64,000 nucleotides of DNA from a bacterium (GCA_025774245.1 JALGWI010000012.1:10230-74229); one strand, 5' to 3'. Positions 1-8,263 are shown, counted from the first letter of the stretch. Program-made: numbers and translations. Notes: generated by a model not told the origin, from the sequence alone.

Positions 1-529
1 TCGTTTCGAACTGCCGGTCGGTCGACTGCGCCGAGCCGCCCGCCCCGTCGCCCGAGCGGACGCGGAAGTGGTAGACCGTGCCCAGTGCGAGCCCCACAAG
101 CTCTGCGGTGTGGTCGGTGACGAGAGCGGGATCGAGCGGTGTGAAGAGGCCGTACGCCGTGGTCGTGCCGTAGTCGACCTGCGAGTCGGCCGCGTAGTTC
201 GTCTGCCAGGTCACGACGGCTGACGAGTCGGTGACGTCGAGGACCTCGATCCCGAAGACGACGAGGCCCGCGGCATCGCCCTCCGAGATGCAGACGCCCA
301 GCGGACCGGCCGGGTATCCCGAGTCGTCGACCTCGAACGTCAGGAAGCCCGAGCCGTCAGAGACGACCGGGCCACCGGGAAGTTCCTCTCCCTCGACCGT
401 GACGGTGAACTCGGTGTTCGTGGAGACGCCGATGACAATCTGAGGGGCGCCGTCCCGCTCGCCACCGGAGTTCCGGGCCGACGCGGGCGCCGACGCCACC
501 AGAAGAACGGCGACAGCGGCCGCGAACAT
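1..529 (-). CDS. secreted FN3-like protein, N-terminal part only (C-terminus lies beyond the left window edge)
   Basis: Absent from the ORF track because no stop lies in the window. ATG at 529-527 is preceded by GAAGGA. My translation: MFAAAVAVLLVASAPASARNSGG...VLDVTDSSAVVTWQTNYAADSQVDYGTTTAYG...GTVYHFRVRSGD. That is a signal peptide followed by an FN3/purple-acid-phosphatase-N-like beta pattern. The frame stays open to position 2. Confidence 0.6.
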   Translation of the reverse strand, partial: MFAAAVAVLLVASAPASARNSGGERDGAPQIVIGVSTNTEFTVTVEGEELPGGPVVSDGSGFLTFEVDDSGYPAGPLGVCISEGDAAGLVVFGIEVLDVTDSSAVVTWQTNYAADSQVDYGTTTAYGLFTPLDPALVTDHTAELVGLALGTVYHFRVRSGDGAGGSAQSTDRQFET

Positions 530-794
530 ACCGGTCCTTCGTCTCGCTCGGAGAGATATCATCGACCGCACCCCTATCGCACCAGTGGGCAGTCAGTCGA
601 GATCCGCGGGGCCGGAGGCGGGTGCATAGGGGGTTGCCTGTACGGTGGAAAACCCGAGGGCCGGTCTCGTGGGGGGTTACGTTCCCGGCCCGGCGCGACC
701 GAGGCTTCTCGATGCCTGCCGGCCACCGCTGGATCTCGCTTTACCCTGACTTCGCCCTTTCGTAACACGGGATTCACTCCCACACAAGACAGGT

Positions 795-810
795 TGCACA
801 ATCTATGCCA
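795..810 (-). promoter_or_regulatory. sigma-54 (RpoN) -24/-12 type promoter candidate
   Basis: Minus strand reads TGGCATAGATTGTGCA. GG and GC are separated by exactly 10 nt, as in the consensus TGGCAC-N5-TTGCA. It lies in a 573-nt intergenic gap, ~265 nt upstream of the ATG at 529. A sigma-54 activator homolog is encoded at 3611-5110. Confidence 0.5.
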
Positions 811-951
811 GTTGGTAAGTAACAGAGGGAATGGTCCCCCTGGCGGGCGAATCCACGGGGGCACGGCCGGGCGGCAGACGGGCCAGGGGGGCGGCCGCGG
901 GTGGAGGACCGGGCAGCCTGCGCGGCGGCGAGCCGGCCCGGGCGGCCGGCG

Positions 952-988
952 CCAAGAGAGAGGGCCCGCGCGGCGTCCGCGCGGGCCC
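952..988 (-). terminator. intrinsic terminator candidate ending the EPS/exosortase operon
   Basis: Minus strand reads GGGCCCGCGCG-GACGC-CGCGCGGGCCC (perfect 11-bp GC stem, 5-nt loop, 962-988). It is followed by TCTCTCTTGG (961-952). It sits ~115 nt after the stop of the 1103-2728 gene. Confidence 0.5.
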
Positions 989-1062
989 GAAGGTCCTGGG
1001 ATATGGTGTTCGGTCGGCGGAGCCGGCCCTGGCGGGACGGGTCCCGACGTGCTGATCCTCGC

Positions 1063-1110
1063 TCGAGCTACTCCCCCGTCGAGCTACTTCCCCGTCGCGC
1101 TACTAGTCGG
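1063..1110. repeat. three tandem 16-nt direct repeats spanning the stop codon of the FN3 lipoprotein gene
   Basis: Plus strand reads TCGAGCTACTCCCCCG / TCGAGCTACTTCCCCG / TCGCGCTACTAGTCGG. The third copy contains the TAG stop (1103-1105, minus strand). Confidence 0.7.
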
Positions 1111-2728
1111 TCCGCGGCTGGCCCCACACGCTGTCGGAGAGCGCCGATTCCCCGAACGAGTCGACGACGGCCACCTGGTACCAGTAGACGAGCGTGTTCA
1201 CGAGGTTCTCGTGCGTGTAGAACGTCTCGGTGCGGTCGGTGATCCTCGTGATCACGCGCTTCCCCGCCGAGTTGGGCGGGTTCGGCGGATCCTGCTCCCA
1301 CCCGATGAGCTCGTAGGCCGCGAAGTTGTCCGCCTGGCCCACCGACCACGAGAGATCGAGCGACGTCGAGTCGGGCGCCCACGGCTCGAAGAGCGTGACC
1401 GGTTCCGGCGGCTCGCTCGCCACCGTCGTCCCCGACTCTTCGTTGCTGATCGTCGCGAGCCCGATCTGGTCGATCACGTAGACGGCGTAGTAGTAGGTCG
1501 AGTCCGGCCAGAGACCCGTGTCGGAGAAGTCGGTCGCCGGCTGGTTCGTGATCTCCGCGATGAGCTCCCGGTCGGTCGACACGTCGACACCCGGTATGTA
1601 CGACCGGTACACCTTGTAGCTGTCGAAGTCGGCGTCGTTGTTCCTCGTCCACGAGAGGTCGATCCTCTGCTCCGATCGAGGGGCCGGGGCGTGCAGCACG
1701 ACCGCCGTCGGGTACTCGAGGATCGTGACCCTCCCCGGGGCGATCACGGGCTCGGCCCGGTTGCCGATGTCGTCCATGAAATCGCCCGTGACGACGCCGT
1801 GGATGATCTCGACCCCGTACTCGACGATGTAGTCGCGCTCGTAGACGCCGTCGTTCGGCACGGTGTCGCCACTCGTGCCGTCGTCGTGAAGGAGGATGTC
1901 CTGGACGGCCGCGCCGATGGCGACCGTCGCCACGCCGTGAGGCTCGCCGGTCGCGATCGTGAAGTGGATCGTGTCGCCGGCCTCCATCTCCTCCCCTCCG
2001 CTGTCCTCCGTGACCGATGAGATCGCCGCCCGGGTGTCGAGCACGATGTCGTCGTTCACCGTGTCGGACTCGTTGTCGTCGGCGTCCCTGAAGCGCGCGT
2101 AGACGGTCTTCTCGCCGTCGCCCGCGAGGAGTTCCCAGGCCGGCGTGACGCGGTAGGGTTCCCACTGCGCACCCGCGAGGTCGGACGAGTTCGAGATCTG
2201 CATGCGCTGGGTCCCGATCGCCGCCGACATGGTCAGCGTGACGTTCCGCGTCGCCGTCTTCACGCGACCGCTCTCGATCGACACGCCGTAGATCGACGCT
2301 GTCGCGCGGATCGAAGAGGAGACCTTCCCCTCGAGGCCCGCGTGGTTGACCGCCGACACCTCGTAGGCGTACTGGACGCCGTTCCGGACCTCGACGTCGT
2401 CGTACATCCTCGTCTCCGAGGTGCCGAGAAGCTCGAAGCTCTCGATCACGTCGTCCCCCTCCTCCACCTCCCACCGGTAGACGTTGTAGCTCCCGACCAC
2501 GGTGGTGTCGCTCATCGACCACGTGAGCACGACCAGCCGGTCGGCCACGAAAGCCGTGAGCGCCGACGGCTTCGCCGGCTCCTGCGAGTCCGTGCTCGGG
2601 TTGTCCGGATCGAGCGGGTTGTCCCGCGTCGGCTCCACCAGGTCGCTCAGGCAGCCGGCGACGACCACCGTGATGAGGCCCAGGAGCGCCGCTGCAAGCA
2701 ACCTCTTTCGTCTCAATGTTCGATTCAT
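1103..2728 (-). CDS. lipoprotein with multiple fibronectin type III-like domains
   Basis: 541-aa ORF with ordinary amino-acid composition. Signal peptide plus lipobox (LITVVVAGC). Repeated FN3-like segments (LTWSMSD..YNVYRW; LSWTRNNDADFDSYKVYRS; LSWSVGQADNFAAYELIGW). ATG preceded by GTGAGGT. Confidence 0.75.
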   Translation of the reverse strand: MNRTLRRKRLLAAALLGLITVVVAGCLSDLVEPTRDNPLDPDNPSTDSQEPAKPSALTAFVADRLVVLTWSMSDTTVVGSYNVYRWEVEEGDDVIESFELLGTSETRMYDDVEVRNGVQYAYEVSAVNHAGLEGKVSSSIRATASIYGVSIESGRVKTATRNVTLTMSAAIGTQRMQISNSSDLAGAQWEPYRVTPAWELLAGDGEKTVYARFRDADDNESDTVNDDIVLDTRAAISSVTEDSGGEEMEAGDTIHFTIATGEPHGVATVAIGAAVQDILLHDDGTSGDTVPNDGVYERDYIVEYGVEIIHGVVTGDFMDDIGNRAEPVIAPGRVTILEYPTAVVLHAPAPRSEQRIDLSWTRNNDADFDSYKVYRSYIPGVDVSTDRELIAEITNQPATDFSDTGLWPDSTYYYAVYVIDQIGLATISNEESGTTVASEPPEPVTLFEPWAPDSTSLDLSWSVGQADNFAAYELIGWEQDPPNPPNSAGKRVITRITDRTETFYTHENLVNTLVYWYQVAVVDSFGESALSDSVWGQPRTD

Positions 2729-2762
2729 GGGTTACCTCACTGCTGTGAAAACGCTCGGGAGC

Positions 2763-3524
2763 CTAGAACCTGATCGCGAAGCCGGCCGTCGTCCTCGTAG
2801 GTTCAAGAGAGGCGTAGAACCCGGTCCCCTCCGGTTCGAGGAGGCTCGCCATCGAGCCGCCCTGAGGCCGCGGCGAGGAGAAGACCACCGCGTCGATCAG
2901 GTTGATGGCCCAGATGCCCGCCGCCGCGTAGAACCACCTGCGGCGCGTCTCGTGCCAGCTGTCCAGGTCGTCGTAGGTCCTGAGCACCTCGTCCCAGGCG
3001 TCGTCGATGTCCTCGATCTGGTCCGCCTCCTGGTAGTCCCTGACGGCGTTCTTGTAGTTCCTCTCCGAGTCGCTCCTCTTCGAGTCCGCCCAGATGAGAC
3101 CCCCGACAGCCACCGCCTCGGCGGCCAGGAAGATCACCCCCTTGGTCGTCTTCTCGGAATAGAACTGCCCCCATCCGGGGAGCACCGCGGACCGGAGGCC
3201 GGCCCCAACCACGGTCTTCATCGTCAGCCGGATGTGGATCGAGTCCCGCTTCGTCTCCGAGAGGACCGTCACTCCTCGCCACTCCTCGAAGCCGGTCTTG
3301 TATGCAACGATCTCGTACGTGCCGGAGAGGCCTCGCTCCAGCACCCACGGGGTCACGCCGCGGAGCACGTGATCGCCGTAGAGCTCGACCACGGCCCCGT
3401 CAGGCACGGAGGTGAAGATGACGCCCCCGGAGTCCCGTCCTCCCTGGGCCGACGCCCCCTGGCACGCGCAGAGCGTGAGCGCGACCGCCAGGAGGAGGAT
3501 GGGACCCGATCGTTTCCGAGACAT
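2763..3524 (-). CDS. PEGA domain lipoprotein with C-terminal membrane-associated region
   Basis: 253 aa. Signal peptide with Cys (LLLAVALTLCAC). PEGA-like segment VPDGAVVELYGDHVLRGVTPWVLERGLSGTYEIVAYKTGFEEW, followed by hydrophobic helices. AAGGAG lies upstream of the ATG. Confidence 0.7.
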   Translation of the reverse strand: MSRKRSGPILLLAVALTLCACQGASAQGGRDSGGVIFTSVPDGAVVELYGDHVLRGVTPWVLERGLSGTYEIVAYKTGFEEWRGVTVLSETKRDSIHIRLTMKTVVGAGLRSAVLPGWGQFYSEKTTKGVIFLAAEAVAVGGLIWADSKRSDSERNYKNAVRDYQEADQIEDIDDAWDEVLRTYDDLDSWHETRRRWFYAAAGIWAINLIDAVVFSSPRPQGGSMASLLEPEGTGFYASLEPTRTTAGFAIRF

Positions 3525-3610
3525 CGCTCGCTCCTTGAAGGTGTTGTTCCGCGGCCCGCGGGAGTCGTCCCCCGGACCGACGGCGCCGCCCGACGGCGGC
3601 TTCGTGGATT

Positions 3611-5110
3611 CTATGGACCGCCCTCGGCACTGTCAAGGTCGCCCGCCGCGGCCGCTCCACCACCCACACCACCTCCCCGCGGTCGCCCGAGCGCGTCCGA
3701 CGCGGTCTTCGCGTCCGGCCGCTTCCTCGCCAGGTCCTTGAAGGCCGACACGTCCAGCTCGTACTTCCTTATCAGATCGTAGACGGTCGAACGGCTCACG
3801 CCGATCGACCGCGCCGCCCTCGAGACGTTGCCCGCAGCGCGGCGCAGCGCGTCGACGACGATCTCGTGCTCGAGCGCGTCCTTCGCCTCTCCGAGCGTCC
3901 GTCCCTCGCGCTCGGGATCCGCGTCGAGGCCGAGATCGCCCGCCGTGATCGTCCTCCCGGACGCCATGATGACCGCGCGCCTCACGCGGTTCTCGAGCTC
4001 CGGGATGTTCCCCGGCCACGCGTGGACCATCATCGCGCGGACCGCGGTCCTCGTGAACCTCGAGAGGCTCCGCCCGTGCTCCGTCGAGAAGCGCGAGAGG
4101 AGTTCCTCGGCCAGGAGCGCGATGTCCTCGCCGCGCTCCCTCAGAGGAGGAAGCGTGATCGCGACGACACCCAGGAGGTAGAAGAGGTCCTCCCGGAACG
4201 CGCCGTTCTCGGCCGCGCTCGCGATGTCGGGTCCCGCGGCGGCGATGATCCGCACGTCGGCCCACGTGGGTTCGAGCGAGCCGACGCGCTCGATCACCCC
4301 CGTCTGCAGGAAGCCCAGGAGCCGCGCCTGGAGGTGCTGCGAGAGCGTGTCGACGCCCGGCAGGAAGAGCGTCCCGCCCGCGGCCTGCTCGATCCGTCCC
4401 GGCACCGTCTCCGCCCCGTTGAACGTCCCGTTGCCGTTGCCGCCCCCGAAGATCTCCGCCTCGAGGAACTCGGGCGGCGTGGCGCCCGGGTCGAGCGTCA
4501 CGAACGGCCCGTCCGAGCGGCGGCTCAGGTGGTGGACCCCGCGGGCGATGAGGTCCTTCCCCGTCCCGCGCTCTCCCGTCAGGAGGACGCCGACGTCGGT
4601 CGCGGCGACCTTCCGGACGGCCGAGAAGACGTCGCGCATCGCGTCGCACGTGCCGATGAGGTTCTCGAAGCGGCTGACGCCTGCGAGCCTGTCGGGAAGG
4701 GCGTCGGCGGCAGCCTCGAGGTCCTGCACGCGGAGCGCCCTTCTCACGAGCACCGCCATCTCGTCCAGATCGAACGGCCTCACGCAGCAATCGCAGGCGC
4801 CGAGCTCGATGGCCCGGACCGCGAGTTCCCTGTCGCCGGCGGGCGCCACCACGATGATCTCGAGGCGGAGCCTCGCCTTCCGCGCGAGCCGAAGCAGCTG
4901 GAGCGCGTCGGCGTTCCCGTTGTCCTGGCGTCCGAGCGACCCGTCGAGAGTCATGACGTGAGGGCCGAACCGCTTCACGGCCTCGATCGCGTCCTCAACG
5001 GTCGCGACCGCGCACACGTCGTGCTCCCCGGCGAGCCCGGATTCCAGCCGGCTCCGGGTGTCGGGATCGCCCTCGGCGATCAGGATCTTCTTTCGTTCCG
5101 TGAGGCTCAT
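3611..5110 (-). CDS. sigma-54-dependent response regulator of the NtrC family, PrsR-like (PEP-CTERM-box regulator), with atypical AAA+ motifs
   Basis: Receiver domain (KILIAEGDPD...VMTLDGSLG). AAA+ core (GERGTGKDLIARGVH, AFREDLFYLL, PPLRERGEDI, WPGNIPELEN). Fis-type HTH (NVSRAARSIGVSRSTVYDLIRKY). Located in an exosortase locus. GAFTGA reads GTFNGA and Walker B reads TLFLPG (see findings). Confidence 0.85.
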   Translation of the reverse strand: MSLTERKKILIAEGDPDTRSRLESGLAGEHDVCAVATVEDAIEAVKRFGPHVMTLDGSLGRQDNGNADALQLLRLARKARLRLEIIVVAPAGDRELAVRAIELGACDCCVRPFDLDEMAVLVRRALRVQDLEAAADALPDRLAGVSRFENLIGTCDAMRDVFSAVRKVAATDVGVLLTGERGTGKDLIARGVHHLSRRSDGPFVTLDPGATPPEFLEAEIFGGGNGNGTFNGAETVPGRIEQAAGGTLFLPGVDTLSQHLQARLLGFLQTGVIERVGSLEPTWADVRIIAAAGPDIASAAENGAFREDLFYLLGVVAITLPPLRERGEDIALLAEELLSRFSTEHGRSLSRFTRTAVRAMMVHAWPGNIPELENRVRRAVIMASGRTITAGDLGLDADPEREGRTLGEAKDALEHEIVVDALRRAAGNVSRAARSIGVSRSTVYDLIRKYELDVSAFKDLARKRPDAKTASDALGRPRGGGVGGGAAAAGDLDSAEGGP

Positions 5111-5123
5111 TGGCTCCCTGGTG

Positions 5124-6668
5124 CTATCCGTCGCTGCGTGCCTGCCCGAGGGCCGTCAGCTTCCTGGCGGCCTCGTCGGCCCACGTCTCGTCCGGGTACT
5201 CCCGCATCACCTGCTCGAGGACGTCGCCCGCCCTCGCGGCGTCACCGAGCCGTGCCGCGTAGATGTCGGCGGCCTCGATCATCATCACGGGCGAGGTCGT
5301 CGACTCGGGCCGGCGCGCGGCCGACTCGAGAAGAAGGTCGACGGCCTCCTCCCACATCTCCTGCTTGATCCACGTGTCGGCGAGGTAGCGCCGTGCGGCG
5401 ACCTCGGCCGGCGTTCCCCGGAACCCGAGGATCACGCGGTCGTAGTGCTCGGCCGCCCGCTCGTACGCGGAGGCGGCCGCCTCCGCCTCGCCCATCGCGT
5501 CGTAGCGATCGGCGACGTGGAGGAGCGCGGACATCCCGTACATCGTGGTCGGGAAGTCCCTGGCGAGCTTGTAGTACTCCGCCACCGCCCTGTGCCACTC
5601 GCCACTCGCCTCGAAGCTGGCCGCGAGGTACTGCATCGCGGTCGCGGTGACCTCCTTCTCGTCCGGGAACCTCGAGATCACCTCCTCGAGCCTCTCCCTC
5701 GCGGCCGGGTGCCTGCCGCGGTCGAGGTCTTCCCTCGCGAGCGCGACGGCCGCCGACGCCCCCGACAGCTCGTCGCCGTAGACCTCCTCGACCCGCTCGT
5801 AGAAGCCGCGCGCCAGATCGCGCCGCCCGAGCTTCGTCTCGCAGACGTCGGCCATGGCGAGCCAGAGCGCCGCCCGGTTCTCCCGCCTGCCGTAGGCGGC
5901 GTCGTACTCGCCGTACGCCGCGATCGCCTCGACCCACCGCTCCTCGTGCATGAAGCTCTCGGCCGTGAGAGACATCGCGAGCTCCCCCGTCGGCGTGCCG
6001 GGCCACTCGGCGGCCCACCTGGCGTAGTACTCCCTCGCACCATCGAACCTCGCGGCCGAGCTCTCGAGGTCGCCCTCGACGTGGTAGACGACGGCCACGT
6101 TCATCGGGGCGCGGAGGATCCGGCCGTCCGGCACCGCGTCCGGCCCGACGGCGGGGGGCCACCGCTCGAGCAGGCGGTCGTAAGCAAGAACGGCCTCCGG
6201 CCATCGTCCCGCCTTCACCTCGACTGCGGCGAGCGCGAGGCTCGCGTCGACCGAGAGCTCGCGGCTGAAGGCGTAGCTGTCCCGAACCGATGCGTAGAGC
6301 CGTACGGCGGCGGCGAGGTCGTCCTCGTGCTCGAGGAGCGCCGCGAGCGCCAGCCTGCTCCTCCCGGTGATCCGCGCGATCTCCGTCTCCTCGTCCGACA
6401 ACGCGGACGGGTCGCCCTCGGGCGCCGGGAAGGTCCGGATGACCTCCCGGTACTGCGCGGCGATACGCTCGCGCATCTCGGGCGTGTTGAGATCGGGGTT
6501 CAGGACCCTCGCGCGATTGAGCTTCCCCGCCTCCCAGAGGAGTTTCTCCGCGACGTAGCGATCGCGCACCTCGATGCCGCGCTCGCACGAAACGAGGGCC
6601 GTGGCCACCGCGGCCGCGATCAGCATCGTCGCGAAACGTCTCGTCGTCGTCTGAGCCTGCGTCCTCAT
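5124..6668 (-). CDS. TPR-repeat lipoprotein (PEP-CTERM system TPR lipoprotein-like)
   Basis: Real part of the 1001-aa track ORF starts at the internal ATG at 6668-6666 (MRTQAQTTTRRFATMLIAAAVATALVSC, lipobox). This ATG overlaps the upstream stop as ATGA. Helical repeat-rich sequence (A/L/E/Y/W periodicity) throughout. The upstream 487 codons are Arg/Gly-rich and overlap two other genes. Confidence 0.75.
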   Translation of the reverse strand: MRTQAQTTTRRFATMLIAAAVATALVSCERGIEVRDRYVAEKLLWEAGKLNRARVLNPDLNTPEMRERIAAQYREVIRTFPAPEGDPSALSDEETEIARITGRSRLALAALLEHEDDLAAAVRLYASVRDSYAFSRELSVDASLALAAVEVKAGRWPEAVLAYDRLLERWPPAVGPDAVPDGRILRAPMNVAVVYHVEGDLESSAARFDGAREYYARWAAEWPGTPTGELAMSLTAESFMHEERWVEAIAAYGEYDAAYGRRENRAALWLAMADVCETKLGRRDLARGFYERVEEVYGDELSGASAAVALAREDLDRGRHPAARERLEEVISRFPDEKEVTATAMQYLAASFEASGEWHRAVAEYYKLARDFPTTMYGMSALLHVADRYDAMGEAEAAASAYERAAEHYDRVILGFRGTPAEVAARRYLADTWIKQEMWEEAVDLLLESAARRPESTTSPVMMIEAADIYAARLGDAARAGDVLEQVMREYPDETWADEAARKLTALGQARSDG

Positions 6669-7537
6669 CGCGCGCCCTCCGTCTGTGTCCCCACACCGCG
6701 CTCGTCCTGGGTGAGATGAAGGAAGACCCTCGTGACCGCGCCGATCGTGAGGTACCCGGCGAGCACGATGATGGCGATCCAGATCAGCATCACGACCGAC
6801 AGGATCTCCGGCGAGAACGTCCGCGCGATCAGCGAGCTCTGCTTCCACAGCCAGACCGGCAGGAGCTCGAGCGCGGCGGGCGCGGCCACGATCAGGTAGG
6901 TCGTCACGGGACTCCTCGCGGACAGCGCGATCCCTCCGAGGAGCGCGGAGCCGAGCGACCTCCCCCTCAGGACCACGTACGGCACCGCGTAGGCGAAGAT
7001 CGCCTGCACGACGAGCACGAGAGCCACGGTCACCATCCGGACGGCGCGGAACATCATCGCGTTCTCGTCCGCCAGAATGCCGAAGACCGAGAACGACGTC
7101 CTCGTCACGACCTGCCCCAGCACCACGATGAGGAAGGCGATGACGACGAGCGACCAGTACCGGCTCGCCGCCGCCTTCCACGCCTTGACGAAGCTCCTCT
7201 GCCGCCTCTCGTAGAACGCCGCGAACAGGAGAACCGCCGCCGCCGTTGTCACGGCCCCGAGGAGGATCGCGAGCACGGGATCTCCCTCCCCGAGCGCCGA
7301 GCGGAGCGCGACGAAGTTCGTCGGGTAGTGGAGGACCGCCTCCCCGAAGCGCCACTTCAGAAGCGGCAGCATGAGGTAGGAGATCGGCGGGTACGCGAAG
7401 CCGATCACGAGGAGCAGGAGCCCCACCTGCGCGGCCGCGTACACGAGGAACGGAAGGAGAGCCGCGCGTTTGCTGAGCGCCTTGAACGTCTCCGACCAAC
7501 TCCATATGAGAGCGTTGACCTGCTCGACGATACCCAT
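6665..7537 (-). CDS. uncharacterized polytopic membrane protein (about 6 TM segments)
   Basis: 290 aa with hydrophobic helices separated by short R/K loops. AGGAGAGGAA precedes the ATG. The stop overlaps the TPR gene start (ATGA). I recognise no family. Confidence 0.7.
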   Translation of the reverse strand: MGIVEQVNALIWSWSETFKALSKRAALLPFLVYAAAQVGLLLLVIGFAYPPISYLMLPLLKWRFGEAVLHYPTNFVALRSALGEGDPVLAILLGAVTTAAAVLLFAAFYERRQRSFVKAWKAAASRYWSLVVIAFLIVVLGQVVTRTSFSVFGILADENAMMFRAVRMVTVALVLVVQAIFAYAVPYVVLRGRSLGSALLGGIALSARSPVTTYLIVAAPAALELLPVWLWKQSSLIARTFSPEILSVVMLIWIAIIVLAGYLTIGAVTRVFLHLTQDERGVGTQTEGAR

Positions 7538-7615
7538 GCATTCCTCTCCTGTAGTCCCGGGACGATTCCTCCGCGCGTCCGGCCGCCTCTGCCTGCTCGC
7601 GCCGCCCGGTGCGCC

Positions 7616-8263
7616 CTACTCCTCTTCCCCCTCGAACGCAAAGAGAGCGGGAAGACGGGTGAGCGCCGTCTCCGAGAATCCCCTCAGTCTCTCGAGGGCG
7701 CCATCCAGATCGTGCCCCTCCACCACGGTCGACGATCGGATGAACGCGCCGTAGGTCACGTTCGACAAGATCCCCGACGCCGCCATCCGGGACATGAACT
7801 GGTCGCGATCGGCCGTCGCCAGATCGCCCGCCGTGTACCACCAATAGAGCGCGAGCCGCATCACGCTGGCCGACTCCACCAGGATCCAGTTCGCGTCGAA
7901 GTCGCCGGCCTCGCGCTCGAGCCGGAGGAGCCCCGAATCGATGAGCATCCACCCCTGCGACTGGTAGCAGACGAGCGGATCGTGCGCCCCGTACCGGTCG
8001 TTCTGGTGGAACACGATGACGAACCAGACGGACTCGTTCTCCTCGTTCGTGTAGCGTCGCGCGAGCGTGTCGTCGGCCTCGAGCTCTTCGTAGACGACCT
8101 CCGTGAACGCGAGATCGACGCTCCTCCACCCGTCGAGCGCGGACGGAAACGCGTTCAAGGTCCCCGCCTCGAGCGTGATGCGCTCGGGCGGATTGAGGTG
8201 CACGTAGGCCGCCGCCCCGGCCAGGAGCAGCACCACCACGACGATCCTCGCGCGCGCGGTCAT
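7616..8263 (-). CDS. EpsI family protein (exosortase-associated)
   Basis: Internal ATG at 8263-8261 overlaps the exosortase stop (ATGA). MTARARIVVVVLLLAGAAAYV forms an N-terminal anchor. A ~190-aa periplasmic domain follows, with EpsI-like blocks (FPSALDGW, ADDTLARRY, YGAHDPLVCY). The upstream part of the 450-aa track ORF overlaps the exosortase gene in another frame. Confidence 0.75.
   Translation of the reverse strand: MTARARIVVVVLLLAGAAAYVHLNPPERITLEAGTLNAFPSALDGWRSVDLAFTEVVYEELEADDTLARRYTNEENESVWFVIVFHQNDRYGAHDPLVCYQSQGWMLIDSGLLRLEREAGDFDANWILVESASVMRLALYWWYTAGDLATADRDQFMSRMAASGILSNVTYGAFIRSSTVVEGHDLDGALERLRGFSETALTRLPALFAFEGEEE

Noticed and set aside
530-794. c-di-GMP-I (GEMM) riboswitch in the leader (ACGAAAGGGCGAAG...GGGTAAAGCGA)
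   Set aside because: There is only a superficial resemblance to the GNRA-tetraloop/receptor region. I cannot reconstruct the conserved P1/P2 architecture by eye. It is left as an Rfam check rather than a call.
5124-8129. 1001-aa minus-strand ORF, with similar run-through ORFs at 55100-58675, 28927-31278, 12324-14216, 11098-12978, 18537-20696, 48329-49567, 52529-54169 and 7616-8968
   Set aside because: Only the C-terminal parts have protein-like composition and motifs. The N-terminal parts are Arg/Gly-rich and overlap upstream genes in other frames. Internal ATG/GTG starts with GGAGG-like sites or ATGA overlaps give sensible proteins, so I trimmed them.
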